A DNA stretch of 64,000 bases from contig JANSWW010000003.1 of assembly GCA_024743275.1 (NCBI GenBank), positions 156,521 to 220,520 of the forward strand, read 5' to 3'. Positions 49,049 to 60,317 of this stretch are shown here, piece by piece; within the stretch, counting starts at the first letter, position 1; each line of letters opens with the position of its first letter. Made by a program: the position numbers and the translations under genes. Origin of the DNA: Alphaproteobacteria bacterium. Lineage in GTDB: Bacteria > Pseudomonadota > Alphaproteobacteria > JANSWW01. The notes beneath the pieces were generated by a model. That model was given only the letters and a program-made list of their open reading frames with translations. It was not told where the DNA came from and did no database searches.

Positions 49049-50779
49049 TTACCCGGGCTTGAATTTGTCCTCGTCGATGATGATGAGGGTTGGGACCGGC
49101 TGTGTGAGGGCGACCTCGATCGAGGCGCTGAGGGCCGCGTGGGTCGTGGGCGCGTTCGCCCGGGCGCCATAGGCCGCCGCCAGTTTGATGAAGTCCGGGT
49201 TTTCGAGGTTTACCCCGATGGGCGGGATGTTGCGGTCCTCCAGGCCGAGCCGGATCTCGCCATAGGCATTGTTGTTCCACACGAAGATCGGCAGCGACAG
49301 ACCGTTCTCGACGGCGGTTGCCAGTTCCTGGGAGGTGAATTGCAGTCCGCCGTCGCCGACCAGTGCCGTCACCACCCGGTCCGGGCAACCGATCTTGGCG
49401 CCGATCGCGGCCGGCACGGCATAGCCAAGGGTCCCGAAACCGCAGGGATGGTTCCACAGCCGCGGGCCGTCCACCGGGAACAGGTCGTGGCCGGCATAGG
49501 CGATCTGGGTCATGTCGTTGAACACCATGGCGTCGTCCGGCAGCGCTTGGCGAATGGTGTCCAGAACGTCGCGATGAACCGTTTTCAGGCCGTCGGTGGC
49601 GCGCAGTTTGGCCTTCATCTCGGCCGCCCAGGCGCGGGCGCGCCCGGCGGTCGCCGCGATTTCCGCCGGCGGTGGGCCAAGTCGCTCCAAGAGGGCGTCG
49701 ACCGACAGCCCGGCGTCGCCGAGCACCGGGACCATGACCGGATAATCGCCCTGCAACTCGTCCGCGTCGATGTCGATCCGCACCGTCCGCTCCGGCAGGG
49801 GAAGCGGGCCTTCGATCCAGATGTCCGCGTCGGAGAGTTCCGAGCCGATGACCAGCGCCACATCCGTGTTCACCAGCCGGCCGTCGACCGCCCGGTCCGA
49901 CAGGCACATACCGGCGGAGAGCGGGTGGCTTTCCGGCACGATTCCCTTGCCGGCGACCGTCGACATTACGACCGCGCCCAGGCGCTCCGCCAGGGCGGTG
50001 ATCGCCGCGCCGGCCTGCCAGGCGCCGCCGCCGAGAATGATCGTCGGGTCCCGTGCCTCGGCGAGAACCGCCGCCGCCTCGGCGATGCGGTCCGGATGGG
50101 GGGCCGGGATCTTCGGCAGGGGACGGCTCTGCCGTGGCGCCTGGACCGGCAATGGCATGACGTCGATCGGGACCTCGATATGGATCGGCCGCGGGCGCTC
50201 GGTCGCGAATTTGGCGAAGGCCCGTGCGATCACCAGGGGCATGTCGTCCGGGTCGTGGAGCGTGTGGCTCCAGCCGGTCATCGGGGCGGAGAATGCCCGC
50301 TGATCGGTCATCTCGTGGAGTTTTCCGCGCCCCATATTGAGGTGGCGCCGCGCGTTCACGGCCGTGATCACCAGCATCGGGATCGAGTCCGAATAGGCTT
50401 CGGCGATCGCGGTGGCGGCATAGGTCAGGCCCGGCCCGGTGATCAGGGTGCAGACCCCGGGGCGGCCGGTCGCCCGCGCATATCCGTCGGCCATGAAAGC
50501 CGCCCCCAATTCGTTGCGCGGGGTGATATGGCGCAGATCCGCGTCGGCGATGCCCCGGTAGAGCTCCAGGGTATGGACGCCGGGGATGCCGAACACCGTA
50601 TCCACGCCATAGCCGCGCAGCAGGTGCATCAGGGCCGCGCCGCAATGGTCGTCGGGCAGATTGTCGAGCAACGGTTTCTCCGCTGTCGCGGCGCCCGCCA
50701 GCGGCAGCGTGGCCGCCGCCGTCTCGATAACGCTCTTGGGCGCGGGTTTGGGTTTGCGGCCCCGGGGCTTACCTGCCAT
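49049..50779 (-). CDS. ThDP-dependent enzyme, 5-guanidino-2-oxopentanoate decarboxylase (AruI)-like
   Basis: VFGIPGVHTLELY, RNELGAAFMADGYAR, DMTQIAY, GFGTLGY, GDGG...NN. Start re-set to 50779. Confidence 0.85.
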   Translation of the reverse strand: MAGKPRGRKPKPAPKSVIETAAATLPLAGAATAEKPLLDNLPDDHCGAALMHLLRGYGVDTVFGIPGVHTLELYRGIADADLRHITPRNELGAAFMADGYARATGRPGVCTLITGPGLTYAATAIAEAYSDSIPMLVITAVNARRHLNMGRGKLHEMTDQRAFSAPMTGWSHTLHDPDDMPLVIARAFAKFATERPRPIHIEVPIDVMPLPVQAPRQSRPLPKIPAPHPDRIAEAAAVLAEARDPTIILGGGAWQAGAAITALAERLGAVVMSTVAGKGIVPESHPLSAGMCLSDRAVDGRLVNTDVALVIGSELSDADIWIEGPLPLPERTVRIDIDADELQGDYPVMVPVLGDAGLSVDALLERLGPPPAEIAATAGRARAWAAEMKAKLRATDGLKTVHRDVLDTIRQALPDDAMVFNDMTQIAYAGHDLFPVDGPRLWNHPCGFGTLGYAVPAAIGAKIGCPDRVVTALVGDGGLQFTSQELATAVENGLSLPIFVWNNNAYGEIRLGLEDRNIPPIGVNLENPDFIKLAAAYGARANAPTTHAALSASIEVALTQPVPTLIIIDEDKFKPG

Positions 50780-50916
50780 GTCCTCACCTGTCGGGCTGGT
50801 TACGTTGACCTGACCTATCTCGCACGCCAGACTGCCATGGAACGAAACGGCGCCAAAGCCGATAAACCCGCATTTCAGAACGTTTCGAACGGTCTTGGTT
50901 AAGGGAGAAGCGAAGG

Positions 50917-51690
50917 ATGTCCGCAACGCTGCACGCAGTCGATGGATCGCATGTCCGGGGAAAGGTCAGCCAGGAGGAGTGGGAGGCCCGGGTCGAACTC
51001 GCCGCCTGCTACCGGTTGGTCGCCCATATGGGATGGACCGACCTGATCTATACCCACATCTCCCGCCGGGTGCCGGGGCCGGATCATCATTTCCTGATCA
51101 ATCCCTATGGCTTCGGATTCGACGAGATCACCGCCTCCAGCCTGGTGAAGATCGACCTCGATGGGAATCCGGTGATGGATACGCCCTATGAGGTGAACAA
51201 GGCCGGCTATGTGATCCATTCCGCCATCCATGGCGCGCGCGAGGATGCCGCCTGTGTACTCCACACCCACACGGTCGCCGGCATGGCCGTCTGCGCCCAG
51301 CCGCGCGGTCTGCTGCCGATCAGCCAGCATGCGATGATGTTCTACAACCGGATCGGCCATCACGACTATGAGGGCATCGCCACCGACGTCGACGAGCGGA
51401 CCCGTCTGGTCAACGATCTCGGCCCCCATCAGGCGATGTTGCTGCGCAATCACGGTCTCCTGACGACCGGTGGAAGCTGTGCGTCGGCCTTCACGACCAT
51501 GTACTATCTGGAAAAGGCCTGCGCGGCCCAGGTCGCGGCCCAGGCCGGCGGTCAGGTGATCGAGCTGTCCCACGAGGTCGCCGAGCACACGGCCCAGCAA
51601 TACGACCGGGGCGGTCATGCCGGGCGTGAGCGTCCTTGGCCGTCCCTGATCCGCATGCTCGACCGGATGGGCAGCGACTACGCGACCTGA
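50917..51690 (+). CDS. Class II aldolase/adducin family protein
   Basis: RVELAACYR, THIS, FLINPYG, IHSAIH, HTHT, LRNHG. Confidence 0.9.
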   Translation: MSATLHAVDGSHVRGKVSQEEWEARVELAACYRLVAHMGWTDLIYTHISRRVPGPDHHFLINPYGFGFDEITASSLVKIDLDGNPVMDTPYEVNKAGYVIHSAIHGAREDAACVLHTHTVAGMAVCAQPRGLLPISQHAMMFYNRIGHHDYEGIATDVDERTRLVNDLGPHQAMLLRNHGLLTTGGSCASAFTTMYYLEKACAAQVAAQAGGQVIELSHEVAEHTAQQYDRGGHAGRERPWPSLIRMLDRMGSDYAT

Positions 51691-51784
51691 GCGGTGTATC
51701 GGTCGGCCATTCGGGGTCGGCCTTTCAGGTGTTGGGCATTCGGGGTTGGGCAATCGATAACGGCAAAGACGGGAGAGGGCTATC

Positions 51785-53410
51785 ATGGCGGTCCATGCGG
51801 ATATCGTGCTGACCGGCGGTCGGGTGTTTCTCGGTCTGGACGAGGGCTTCGCCGAGGCGGTGGCGGTATGGGGCGGCAAAGTGCTGGCCACCGGCACCGC
51901 GGAGGAGATCGCGCCGTTGGTCGGCCCACAGACCGAAGTGGTCCCGCTGGAGGGACGGTGCGCCATCCCCGGCATCAATGACGGGCACCAGCATCCGCTC
52001 TCGCTCGGTCTGGCGTTGTTCCAGATCGACCTGCGGCCGAGCGAGGTCACGACCCTCGACGCCTTCCTCGCCCGGGTGAAGGAGAAGGCGGACGGGACCC
52101 GCCAGGGCGACTGGGTTTTCGGCGGGCGCTACGACCATTTCCAGCTCGACGCCGGACGACATCCGCACCGCCTCGAACTGGACCGGGTGGCCCCCAACAC
52201 GCCGGTTTTCCTGAAGCGGACCTGCGGTCATATGGGCGTCGCCAACACCAGGGCCCTTGAACTGGCCGGCATCACCGTCGACACGCCGGATCCCGAGGGC
52301 GGCCATATCGAAAAGGACGAGACCGGCCTGACCGGCCTGTTGCAGGAGCGGGCCCAGGAAGTCGTCATGAAGGCGATGCCCAAGGAGGATCCGGGCCATC
52401 TGGTCGACGCCCTCGAGGCGGCCGGCAAGCTGTTCCTGGAACATGGCATCACCTCCGTCCTCGACGCGGCCATCGGCTTCTATAACGACTATGGTCATCT
52501 GGTCGCCTTCCAGGACGCCTATCGCCAGGGCCGGCTGCCGGTCCGCAGCTATCTCGCCATTCTCGGCGGCCCGGCCGGGATCGAGCCGATCGCCCGGGAG
52601 CATGGCATGATGCACGGCTTCGGGGATCCAATGCTGAAGATCGGGACGGCGAAGCTCTTCGGGGACGGCAGTGCCGGCGGCAAGACGGCGGCGATGGTCG
52701 AGCCCTATCTCGGCGAGCCGGACAACAAGGGCATCTTCATCTACAGCGACGAAGAGATGGAGCGCTATATCGCGCAATATCACGAGGCCGGCTGGCAGAT
52801 CATGGTGCACGCCATCGGCGACGCCTGTATCGAGCAGGTGCTGACCGCCTATGAAAAGGCCGACCGGATCGCGCCGGTGAAGGGCCGCCGGCACCGGATC
52901 GAGCATTGCGGCTTCGTCACCCCCGACCAGAACCGGCGGATGAAGGCGCTGGGCCTCATTCCCGCACCGCAGCCGGTTTTCCTTTACGAGTTCGGCGATC
53001 TCTATCACAAGGTGCTCGGGCCGGAGCGGTCGGATGTCTCCTATCCGATGCGGACCTGGATGGACGAGGGGATGCATCCCATCGCCAGTTCCGATGCGCC
53101 GGTTTCCGACTTCAATCCGTTCAAGAACTTCTACACCATGGTCACACGGAAGAGCGCGGTCGGCACGGAACTCGGACCGCACCAGCGGCTGACCATGGAG
53201 GAAGCGGTATCCGCAGCGACCCTGAATGGCGCCTATGGCAGTTTCGAAGAAGACATCAAGGGAACTCTGGTCCCCGGCAAGCTGGCCGACATCGCGGTCG
53301 TCGACCGGGACATCTTCGCGATTGCGCCGGAAGAGGTTCTGCCGGCCCAGGTGGATGTCACCCTGTTGGACGGTAAGATCGTCCACGACCGTCACGGCGC
53401 CCATGCCTGA
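51785..53410 (+). CDS. YtcJ-like amidohydrolase
   Basis: PGINDGHQH, KLFGDGS, HAIGD, RIEHC, SSDAP, GKLADI. Confidence 0.9.
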   Translation: MAVHADIVLTGGRVFLGLDEGFAEAVAVWGGKVLATGTAEEIAPLVGPQTEVVPLEGRCAIPGINDGHQHPLSLGLALFQIDLRPSEVTTLDAFLARVKEKADGTRQGDWVFGGRYDHFQLDAGRHPHRLELDRVAPNTPVFLKRTCGHMGVANTRALELAGITVDTPDPEGGHIEKDETGLTGLLQERAQEVVMKAMPKEDPGHLVDALEAAGKLFLEHGITSVLDAAIGFYNDYGHLVAFQDAYRQGRLPVRSYLAILGGPAGIEPIAREHGMMHGFGDPMLKIGTAKLFGDGSAGGKTAAMVEPYLGEPDNKGIFIYSDEEMERYIAQYHEAGWQIMVHAIGDACIEQVLTAYEKADRIAPVKGRRHRIEHCGFVTPDQNRRMKALGLIPAPQPVFLYEFGDLYHKVLGPERSDVSYPMRTWMDEGMHPIASSDAPVSDFNPFKNFYTMVTRKSAVGTELGPHQRLTMEEAVSAATLNGAYGSFEEDIKGTLVPGKLADIAVVDRDIFAIAPEEVLPAQVDVTLLDGKIVHDRHGAHA

Positions 53411-54974
53411 GGGCCGCCCGGCCGACGTTATCCCGACGCTGCCGGGGCTTCTCCTGTTTTTCGCGCTTCTTTTGGCGAGCCTTGTTTCGGGTCTTTTGTC
53501 CGGCGCGCCCGCCCTGGCGCAGAGCGGCGAGATGCGGATCGGCAGGCTTGTCGACTGGACGACCCTGGATCCGCATCGGGCCCGCTCCTCCGCCGAGACC
53601 GAAATCCTGCGGCTGATCGGCGAAACACCGCTGACCCTGGCGGCCGACGGACGGACCCTTCGGCCTGGTTTCGCCGAAAGCTGGACCGTCTCGCCCGACC
53701 GCAAGACCTATACACTCACCTTGCAGGAAGGGCTCGCCTTCTGCTCCGGCAAAAAGGCGACGGCCGAGGATGTGGTTCGCTCGGTAAAACGCTGGCTCGA
53801 CCCCAAGATCAAGGGGGCCGCCACCCATTTGGCCGGGCCGCTCGCCACGGTGACGGCGGAGGACGACCGGACGGTCCGCTACCGCCTCACAGCCCCCTAT
53901 TCCGAGATGCTTCACGCGCTGACCGATACCGCGCACACCCTGATCGATGTCGACCAGGCCGAGACGGCCGGCGAGGCCTTCGGCACGGAAGCGGTCGATG
54001 GGACCGGTCCCTATTGCCTCACCGGACGCCGGGAGGACGGCACCACCGTGCTGACGCGGAAAGGGGATTGGGCGCGCAAGGGACCGGGGCCGGCCTTGCT
54101 GGGGCCGTATACCGTTCCGCCGGCCCGCATCGCCTTCGTCTCCTATGGCGAGGAGCGTGATCTGCTCGACGCGTTGATGGAGGGCCGGATCGACCGCACG
54201 CGCGAGGCGCCGTTCTGGGCGCTCGGCTATCTCCGCGAGGATCCCCGCTTCGCCGTCACGCCGGCGCCGGGACGGGCCTGGAGCTGGCATCTCGGGCTGG
54301 TCAGCGGCAGGCTCCTGCTGTCCGACCGGCGGGTGCGGCAGGCGATCGGTTCGGCCATCGATCTCGGGCCGATCCTCGCCGAGGAATTCGCCGGCGAGGT
54401 GCTGCCCGCCGGCCATATCGTCGATCCCGCCGTGCTCGATGCCCTGCCGGAAAGCGACCCCGGGCCGTTCAGCCTCGATCCCGACCGGGCCGACGCCCTG
54501 TTGGTGGAGGCCGGGTGGCGACGCGGTCCGGACGGCAACCGCCTCAAGGACGGGGAGGTTCTGGACCTCGTGGCCTATGTTCCGGCGCGGGGGCCGGCGA
54601 AGCGGATGATGACGGCGATCGCCGGCCAACTCGCGACTCTGGGCATCTCCGTGACGGTGCGCGAATTCGAGGGCGCGGACTATTGGCGGGCGCTCGGTAC
54701 CGGCAGCTACGATCTCTATGTCATGGGCCTGCCCTATCGCACGGCGGGGGAAGTCATGCGGCTGGGCTTTGCCTCGAGCGCGGTGGGCGCCACCAACCGG
54801 GTCGGATGGCGGGATGCGGAGCGGACGGACTTGTTGCTGCGCCAGGCCCTGCTGGCCGCCAGCGACGCCGCCCGCCGTGATGCACACCATGAGGTGCAGA
54901 GAGTTCTGGAGAACGAGTTTTTGTGGGTGCCGATCGCCCATGAACGCAATTTCTGGGTTGATCTTGTTAGATAG
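53403..54974 (+). CDS. Peptide/nickel-type ABC substrate-binding protein (family 5)
   Basis: Signal peptide; TLDPH, AESWTVSPD.KTY, GTGPY, D.RVRQAI. Start re-set to 53403. Confidence 0.85.
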   Translation: MPEGRPADVIPTLPGLLLFFALLLASLVSGLLSGAPALAQSGEMRIGRLVDWTTLDPHRARSSAETEILRLIGETPLTLAADGRTLRPGFAESWTVSPDRKTYTLTLQEGLAFCSGKKATAEDVVRSVKRWLDPKIKGAATHLAGPLATVTAEDDRTVRYRLTAPYSEMLHALTDTAHTLIDVDQAETAGEAFGTEAVDGTGPYCLTGRREDGTTVLTRKGDWARKGPGPALLGPYTVPPARIAFVSYGEERDLLDALMEGRIDRTREAPFWALGYLREDPRFAVTPAPGRAWSWHLGLVSGRLLLSDRRVRQAIGSAIDLGPILAEEFAGEVLPAGHIVDPAVLDALPESDPGPFSLDPDRADALLVEAGWRRGPDGNRLKDGEVLDLVAYVPARGPAKRMMTAIAGQLATLGISVTVREFEGADYWRALGTGSYDLYVMGLPYRTAGEVMRLGFASSAVGATNRVGWRDAERTDLLLRQALLAASDAARRDAHHEVQRVLENEFLWVPIAHERNFWVDLVR

Positions 54975-54993
54975 CAAAGAGGAGGTGCGAGCG

Positions 54994-56448
54994 ATGGACA
55001 CGGCGCGGAAAACGGTCGTCAAGAATGCGGGTTGGATCGTCGCCTATGACGCGGGCACGGACAATCACAGCTATCTGCGCGATCAGGATGTGGTGATCGA
55101 GGGCGACAGCTTCGTTCAGGTCGGCGGCAGCTATGACGGTCCCGCCGACGAGACCGTCGACGGCCGCGGCCTGATGGTGATGCCGGGTCTGGTCAACCTG
55201 CATTCCCACCCCTCTTCCGAGCCGGGCAACAAGGGCCTCTTGGAAGAATTGGGTAGCCCCCGGCTCGGGCAGAGCGGGCTTTACGAGTTCATGCCGGTTT
55301 TCCGCCTGCCCCCCGGGGCCGCCTCGCCGGCCAGTCTCGTCGCGGTGTCGGAGCTGCTGAAAAGCGGCGTGACCACCTTCACCGACCTTTCCGGCGCCCG
55401 GGAGGGCTGGGCCGACGAATTGGCCGCCACCGGCATCCGCGCGGTTCTGTGTCCGATGTATCGGGATGCGGTCTGGTCGACCCAGGACGGCCATTCGGTG
55501 GTCTATGACTGGGACGTCAAGGCGGGCGAGAAGGCGATGGAAAACGCCATCGCCGTGGTCGACGCGGCGGCCAGGCATCCGAGCGGACGGGTCGGCGGCA
55601 TGCTGGGGCCGAGCCAGATCGATACCTGCACCCCGGAGCTCCTGCGGAACAGTCTGAAAGCGGCCCGGGAGCGGGGCCTGAAGATCCATCTCCACGCCGC
55701 CCAGAGCGTGGTCGAGTTCAACGAGATCACCCGCCGCTATGGCATGACCCCGATCGAGTGGCTCGACCATGTCGGCATTCTCGGACCGGACCTGATCGTC
55801 GCCCACGGGATCTTCCTCAACGACCATCCCTGGATCAAATGGCCCCAGGCGGACGATTTCGCACTGCTCGCCGGGTCAGGGGCCCAGGTCGCCCATTGCC
55901 CCAATGTGTTCGTCCGCCGCGGGATCGCGCTCAACGCCGTCGCCCGCTATCAGAAGGCCGGGATCACCGTCGGGCTCGGCACCGATACCTTCCCGCACAA
56001 CATGATCGACGAGATGCGCACCGGCTGTCATGCGGCCCGGATCATCCGCGGGGATTTCACCGCCTGTTCCACGGCGGACATCTACAGGGCGGCGACCCTC
56101 GACGGGGCGAAGATGCTGAACCGCACCGATATCGGCCGGATCGCGGTCGGCGCCAAGGCGGACTTCAGCCTCGTCGACCTGGATCATCCCTATATGAAGC
56201 CGGTCCGCGAGCCGCTTAGAAGCCTGATCTTCTCGGCGTCCGACCGGGCGATCCGTGACGTCTATGTCGGGGGCGAACAGGTGGTCTCCAAGGGCGAGGT
56301 GCTGCACATCGACGTCGACAGGGCGCTGGCCGAGCTGTCGGCGGCCCAGGCGGAGACCATCGCCACGGCCCATGAGCGCGACTGGGCGGGCCGCAGCGTG
56401 ACCGAGATGACACCCATGGTGTTCCCGGTCTCGGGCGCCAACGCCTAA
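54994..56448 (+). CDS. Amidohydrolase (MtaD/AtzA/SsnA-like deaminase family)
   Basis: PGLVNLHSH, HLHAAQ, AHG, HCP, GLGTD; GAGGAGG RBS. Confidence 0.88.
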   Translation: MDTARKTVVKNAGWIVAYDAGTDNHSYLRDQDVVIEGDSFVQVGGSYDGPADETVDGRGLMVMPGLVNLHSHPSSEPGNKGLLEELGSPRLGQSGLYEFMPVFRLPPGAASPASLVAVSELLKSGVTTFTDLSGAREGWADELAATGIRAVLCPMYRDAVWSTQDGHSVVYDWDVKAGEKAMENAIAVVDAAARHPSGRVGGMLGPSQIDTCTPELLRNSLKAARERGLKIHLHAAQSVVEFNEITRRYGMTPIEWLDHVGILGPDLIVAHGIFLNDHPWIKWPQADDFALLAGSGAQVAHCPNVFVRRGIALNAVARYQKAGITVGLGTDTFPHNMIDEMRTGCHAARIIRGDFTACSTADIYRAATLDGAKMLNRTDIGRIAVGAKADFSLVDLDHPYMKPVREPLRSLIFSASDRAIRDVYVGGEQVVSKGEVLHIDVDRALAELSAAQAETIATAHERDWAGRSVTEMTPMVFPVSGANA

Positions 56449-56451
56449 CCG

Positions 56452-57402
56452 ATGCTGTCGGTCGAGGCCCTTTCGGTCACGGCGGGGCGGGAGGCTGTTC
56501 CCGTCATCGAGGATATCTCCTTCGAGATCGCCGCCGGCGAGACGCTGGCCCTGGTCGGCGAGAGCGGCTCCGGCAAATCGGTGACGGCGCTCGCCCTGCT
56601 CGACCTGCTGCCGGCGGTGATGGGCCGGCGCGCCGGACGGGTCTCCCTGGATGGGGCGCCGTTGCCCCTGGGGGACGAGACCGCCATGGCGAAGGTCCGG
56701 GGCGGCGGGATCGGGATGGTGTTTCAGGAGCCTTCCACCGCCCTCAATCCGGTCATGACCATCGGCGATCAAGTGGCGGAGGCCCTGGTGCTCCACGAAT
56801 CGGTCGCGGCCGACGCGGCCTGGCGGCGCGCGGTCGCCATGCTGGACGAGGTCGGGCTCACCGATCCCGGCAAGGTGGCCCTTTCCTATCCCCACCAGCT
56901 TTCCGGTGGGATGAAGCAGCGCGCGTTGATCGCCATGGCCCTGGTCGCCGGACCCAGGGTGCTGCTGGCCGACGAGCCGACGACCGCCCTGGACGTTACG
57001 GTCCAGGCCCGGATCCTCGACCTGCTCGACCGATTGAAGGCGGAACGGGGCATGGCCCTCTTGCTGATCAGCCATGATCTGGGGGTCGTCGCCGAGCGCG
57101 CGGACCGGATCGCGGTGATGTATGCCGGCCGGATCGTCGAACTGCTGCCCGCGAATGACCTCTTCACGGCGGCGCGTCATCCCTACACCCTGGGTCTGCT
57201 GGCCGCCCTGCCTCAGGCCGCGGGGCGGGGGCATCTCGCCGCCATACCGGGCCGCGTGCCGCCGCCGGGCGAACGCCCACCCGGCTGCGCCTTCCAGGCC
57301 CGTTGCCCGATTGCCCAGGCGCGTTGTGCCGAACCGGTGGCGCTGCGGAATGTCGGTGAAGCACATCGCCTCGCTTGTGCCTTTGACGGGGTGCCCGCGT
57401 GA
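56452..57402 (+). CDS. Peptide ABC transporter ATPase (DppD/OppD-like)
   Basis: [28 protein letters not shown], Cys-rich tail. Confidence 0.92.
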   Translation: MLSVEALSVTAGREAVPVIEDISFEIAAGETLALVGESGSGKSVTALALLDLLPAVMGRRAGRVSLDGAPLPLGDETAMAKVRGGGIGMVFQEPSTALNPVMTIGDQVAEALVLHESVAADAAWRRAVAMLDEVGLTDPGKVALSYPHQLSGGMKQRALIAMALVAGPRVLLADEPTTALDVTVQARILDLLDRLKAERGMALLLISHDLGVVAERADRIAVMYAGRIVELLPANDLFTAARHPYTLGLLAALPQAAGRGHLAAIPGRVPPPGERPPGCAFQARCPIAQARCAEPVALRNVGEAHRLACAFDGVPA

Positions 57403-58235
57403 CCGACCTCATCACCGTCGCGGATTTGCGGAAGACCTTTCGCGCCGAGGGGCGTTCGGTTGCGGCCGCCGACGGCGTATCGTTCTCGATCGCCAGGGGC
57501 GAGACCCTGGCCCTGGTCGGCGAGAGCGGATCGGGCAAGTCGACCACGGCCCGCCTGATCCTGCGGCTGGTCCGGCCGGATGGCGGACACATCTCTTACG
57601 ACGGTTCGGATGTGCTGTCCCTTGCGGGTCAAGACCTCAAGGCCTTCCGTCGCCGGGCGCAGATGGTCTTCCAGGACCCCTATGCCTCTCTCGACCCCAA
57701 GCTCACCGTCGGCCAGATCATCGCAGAGCCGCTGATCATTCACCGGCTCGCATCCGGCCGGCGCAAGGAGCGGGTGGCCGAATTGCTGGATCTGGTGGGG
57801 CTGGAGGCGGACGTGGCCAAACGCCGGCCCAAGGCGTTTTCCGGTGGCCAGCGACAGCGCATCGGGATCGCCCGGGCGCTCGCCGTCGAGCCCGAATTCC
57901 TGGCTTTGGACGAGCCGGTCTCCGCCCTCGACATGTCGGTGCAGGCGGATCTGCTCAATCTCCTGGACCGGCTGCAGCGGCGGTTCGGTCTGACCTATCT
58001 GTTCATCTCCCATGATATTGGCGTCGTCCGTCATGTCGCCGACCGGGTGGCGGTCATGCAGGCCGGCGCGCTGGTTGAGATCGGGGCGGCGGAAGAGGTG
58101 CTGTCGGCCCCCCGGCATCCCTATACCCAGGGCCTGATGGCGAGCGTGCCCAAGGTGCCGGACACACGCCCGCCCGGGATCGGGATATGGGCGCAAGCCG
58201 TGTCTAAATCGGAATCCCGAGCCGCCGATAGATGA
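57399..58235 (+). CDS. Peptide ABC transporter ATPase (DppF/OppF-like)
   Basis: [29 protein letters not shown]; lacks the Cys-rich tail. Confidence 0.9.
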   Translation: MTDLITVADLRKTFRAEGRSVAAADGVSFSIARGETLALVGESGSGKSTTARLILRLVRPDGGHISYDGSDVLSLAGQDLKAFRRRAQMVFQDPYASLDPKLTVGQIIAEPLIIHRLASGRRKERVAELLDLVGLEADVAKRRPKAFSGGQRQRIGIARALAVEPEFLALDEPVSALDMSVQADLLNLLDRLQRRFGLTYLFISHDIGVVRHVADRVAVMQAGALVEIGAAEEVLSAPRHPYTQGLMASVPKVPDTRPPGIGIWAQAVSKSESRAADR

Positions 58236-58662
58236 AGCTCAGTAGCCAGGCCGGGCCGATCATCAGGAATTGGACGTCCTTGAAGAAGGAGGGCTTCTTG
58301 CCTTCGATCCTGTGACCCCAGAACTGGCCGATCCAGGCCAGGACGAAGGCGGCGAGCGCGACTTGCCAGACCGGTGCCACGGCCTCGACCGCGAGGATCA
58401 ATCCCATCGAGAGGGCGGAGACGACGACGAAGCCGAGCGCCAGCGTCGGCGAGAGGACCGCATAGTAGACAAGCGAGAGGGTCAGCAGAATGCCGAGCCA
58501 GCCGAACGGCATCCAGGCAATCGCCCCGATCGACGGGATCTCATGGATCAGCGCGAGGACGCACCAAAAGATCACCGGGACACAAACCCAGTGAATCCGC
58601 TTGTTCCGCTCGTTCTGGTGGCTCTCGCCATATTCCTCCAGAAGAGCGTCGATCTTCCGCAT
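58204..58662 (-). CDS. DUF962/Mpo1-like membrane protein
   Basis: [35 protein letters not shown]. Confidence 0.88.
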   Translation of the reverse strand: MRKIDALLEEYGESHQNERNKRIHWVCVPVIFWCVLALIHEIPSIGAIAWMPFGWLGILLTLSLVYYAVLSPTLALGFVVVSALSMGLILAVEAVAPVWQVALAAFVLAWIGQFWGHRIEGKKPSFFKDVQFLMIGPAWLLSFIYRRLGIPI

Positions 58663-58832
58663 CGTCTCATGCCTCCACTCATTTCCCTCTTGGGTTTTTC
58701 CCGAGGGTAGCGGGAGGCAGGGGGGCCGGCAATCCGAAGCCCGCGCCTGAAATGGGCGGTATGATCAAAAGCCCGCTGACAGGAAGGCCGCTTCCCTTCT
58801 AGTCTCAACCAAACAACAAGGAGGCAGGCTTC

Positions 58833-60305
58833 ATGGCGTCATTCGACAAGGTGATCACAGGCGGGGAGATCGTCACCGCTTCGGACCGGTATTTCGCGGA
58901 CATCGGGATCAAGGACGGCGTGATCGCGGCGATCGGCCGGGATCTCGACGGTGCCGCCGAGGTGATCGACGCCGCGGGCAAGCTGGTCCTCCCGGGCGGG
59001 ATCGACAGCCATTGCCATATCGACCAGCCATCCTCCTCCGGTGCCATCACGGCGGACGATTTCGAAAGCGGCACGCGCTCGGCGGCCTGCGGCGGGACGA
59101 CCATGATCATCCCGTTCGCCGCCCAGCATCGGGGCCAATCGCTCCGTGCCGTGGTTCAGGACTATCACGCGCGGGCGGAGGGAAAGGCCCATACGGACTA
59201 TGCCTTCCACCTGATCATCTCCGATCCGACGGACCAGGTCCTGGGTCAGGAGCTGCCGGCCCTCATCAAGGACGGCTATACCAGCTTCAAGATCTATCTC
59301 ACCTATGATTCGCTGAAGCTCGACGACCGTCAGGTCCTCGATGTGCTGGCGACCGCCCGCCGCGAGGGGGCGATGGTGATGATCCACGCGGAAAACCACG
59401 ATGTGATCAACTGGCTGACCGAGCGCCTGTTGGAAAGCGGACACGACGCGCCGCCCTTCCATGCGGTCGCCCACGCCGCGGCCGCCGAGCGGGAGGCGAC
59501 CCATCGGGCGATCACGCTCGCCGAGATCGTCGATCAGCCGATGCTTGTGGTCCATGTCTCGGCCAAGGCGGCGATCGACGAGATCCGCGAGGCCAAGGCG
59601 CGGGGGCTCAAGATCTATGGCGAGACCTGTCCGCAATACCTCTTCCTGACCGCCCATGACATGGACCGGGAGGGCTTCGAGGGGGCGAAATACATGTGCT
59701 CGCCGCCGCCGCGCGATAAGGCCAATCAGGAGCATGTGTGGAACGGCCTGACCTCCGGCGTGTTCGACGTCTTCTCCTCCGACCACGCGCCCTATCTCTA
59801 TTCCGGCGACGAGGGCAAGGCCCAGCATGGCCATGGTTGCGGCTTCCACCGGGTCGCCAACGGCGTGCCGGGGCTGGAGATCCGCATGCCGCTGCTGTTC
59901 TCCGAAGGGGTTCGGACCGGTCGCCTCGATATCCATCGCTTCGTCGACCTCTGCTGCACCCGACCCGCCCGGATGTACGGGCTCAGCCCGCGCAAGGGCA
60001 CCATCGCGGTCGGGAGCGACGCCGACATCGTGCTCTGGGACACGGAAAAGACGGTCACCATCACCCAGGAGCTGTTGCACGACAACATGGACTACACGCC
60101 CTATGAGGGGCGGGTCTGCACCGGTTGGCCGGTGCTGACCCTGACCGGCGGCGAGGTCGTTTATCGCGACGGCGAGTTCGTCGCGCGCAAGGGCAAGGGC
60201 CGGTTCATCCCCTGCGATCTGCCGGAGACGGCGAAGCCGCTGGGTCAGTCGATCCACGGGTTCAACCCCGCCGAAGGCCGCTATGCGGGCCGCTACGAAG
60301 CATAA
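58833..60305 (+). CDS. hydA: Dihydropyrimidinase / D-hydantoinase
   Basis: PGGIDSHCH, GGTT, SFKIY, IHAEN, VVHVS, ETCPQY, SSDHAP. Confidence 0.92.
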   Translation: MASFDKVITGGEIVTASDRYFADIGIKDGVIAAIGRDLDGAAEVIDAAGKLVLPGGIDSHCHIDQPSSSGAITADDFESGTRSAACGGTTMIIPFAAQHRGQSLRAVVQDYHARAEGKAHTDYAFHLIISDPTDQVLGQELPALIKDGYTSFKIYLTYDSLKLDDRQVLDVLATARREGAMVMIHAENHDVINWLTERLLESGHDAPPFHAVAHAAAAEREATHRAITLAEIVDQPMLVVHVSAKAAIDEIREAKARGLKIYGETCPQYLFLTAHDMDREGFEGAKYMCSPPPRDKANQEHVWNGLTSGVFDVFSSDHAPYLYSGDEGKAQHGHGCGFHRVANGVPGLEIRMPLLFSEGVRTGRLDIHRFVDLCCTRPARMYGLSPRKGTIAVGSDADIVLWDTEKTVTITQELLHDNMDYTPYEGRVCTGWPVLTLTGGEVVYRDGEFVARKGKGRFIPCDLPETAKPLGQSIHGFNPAEGRYAGRYEA

Positions 60306-60317
60306 GGATAAACAAGA

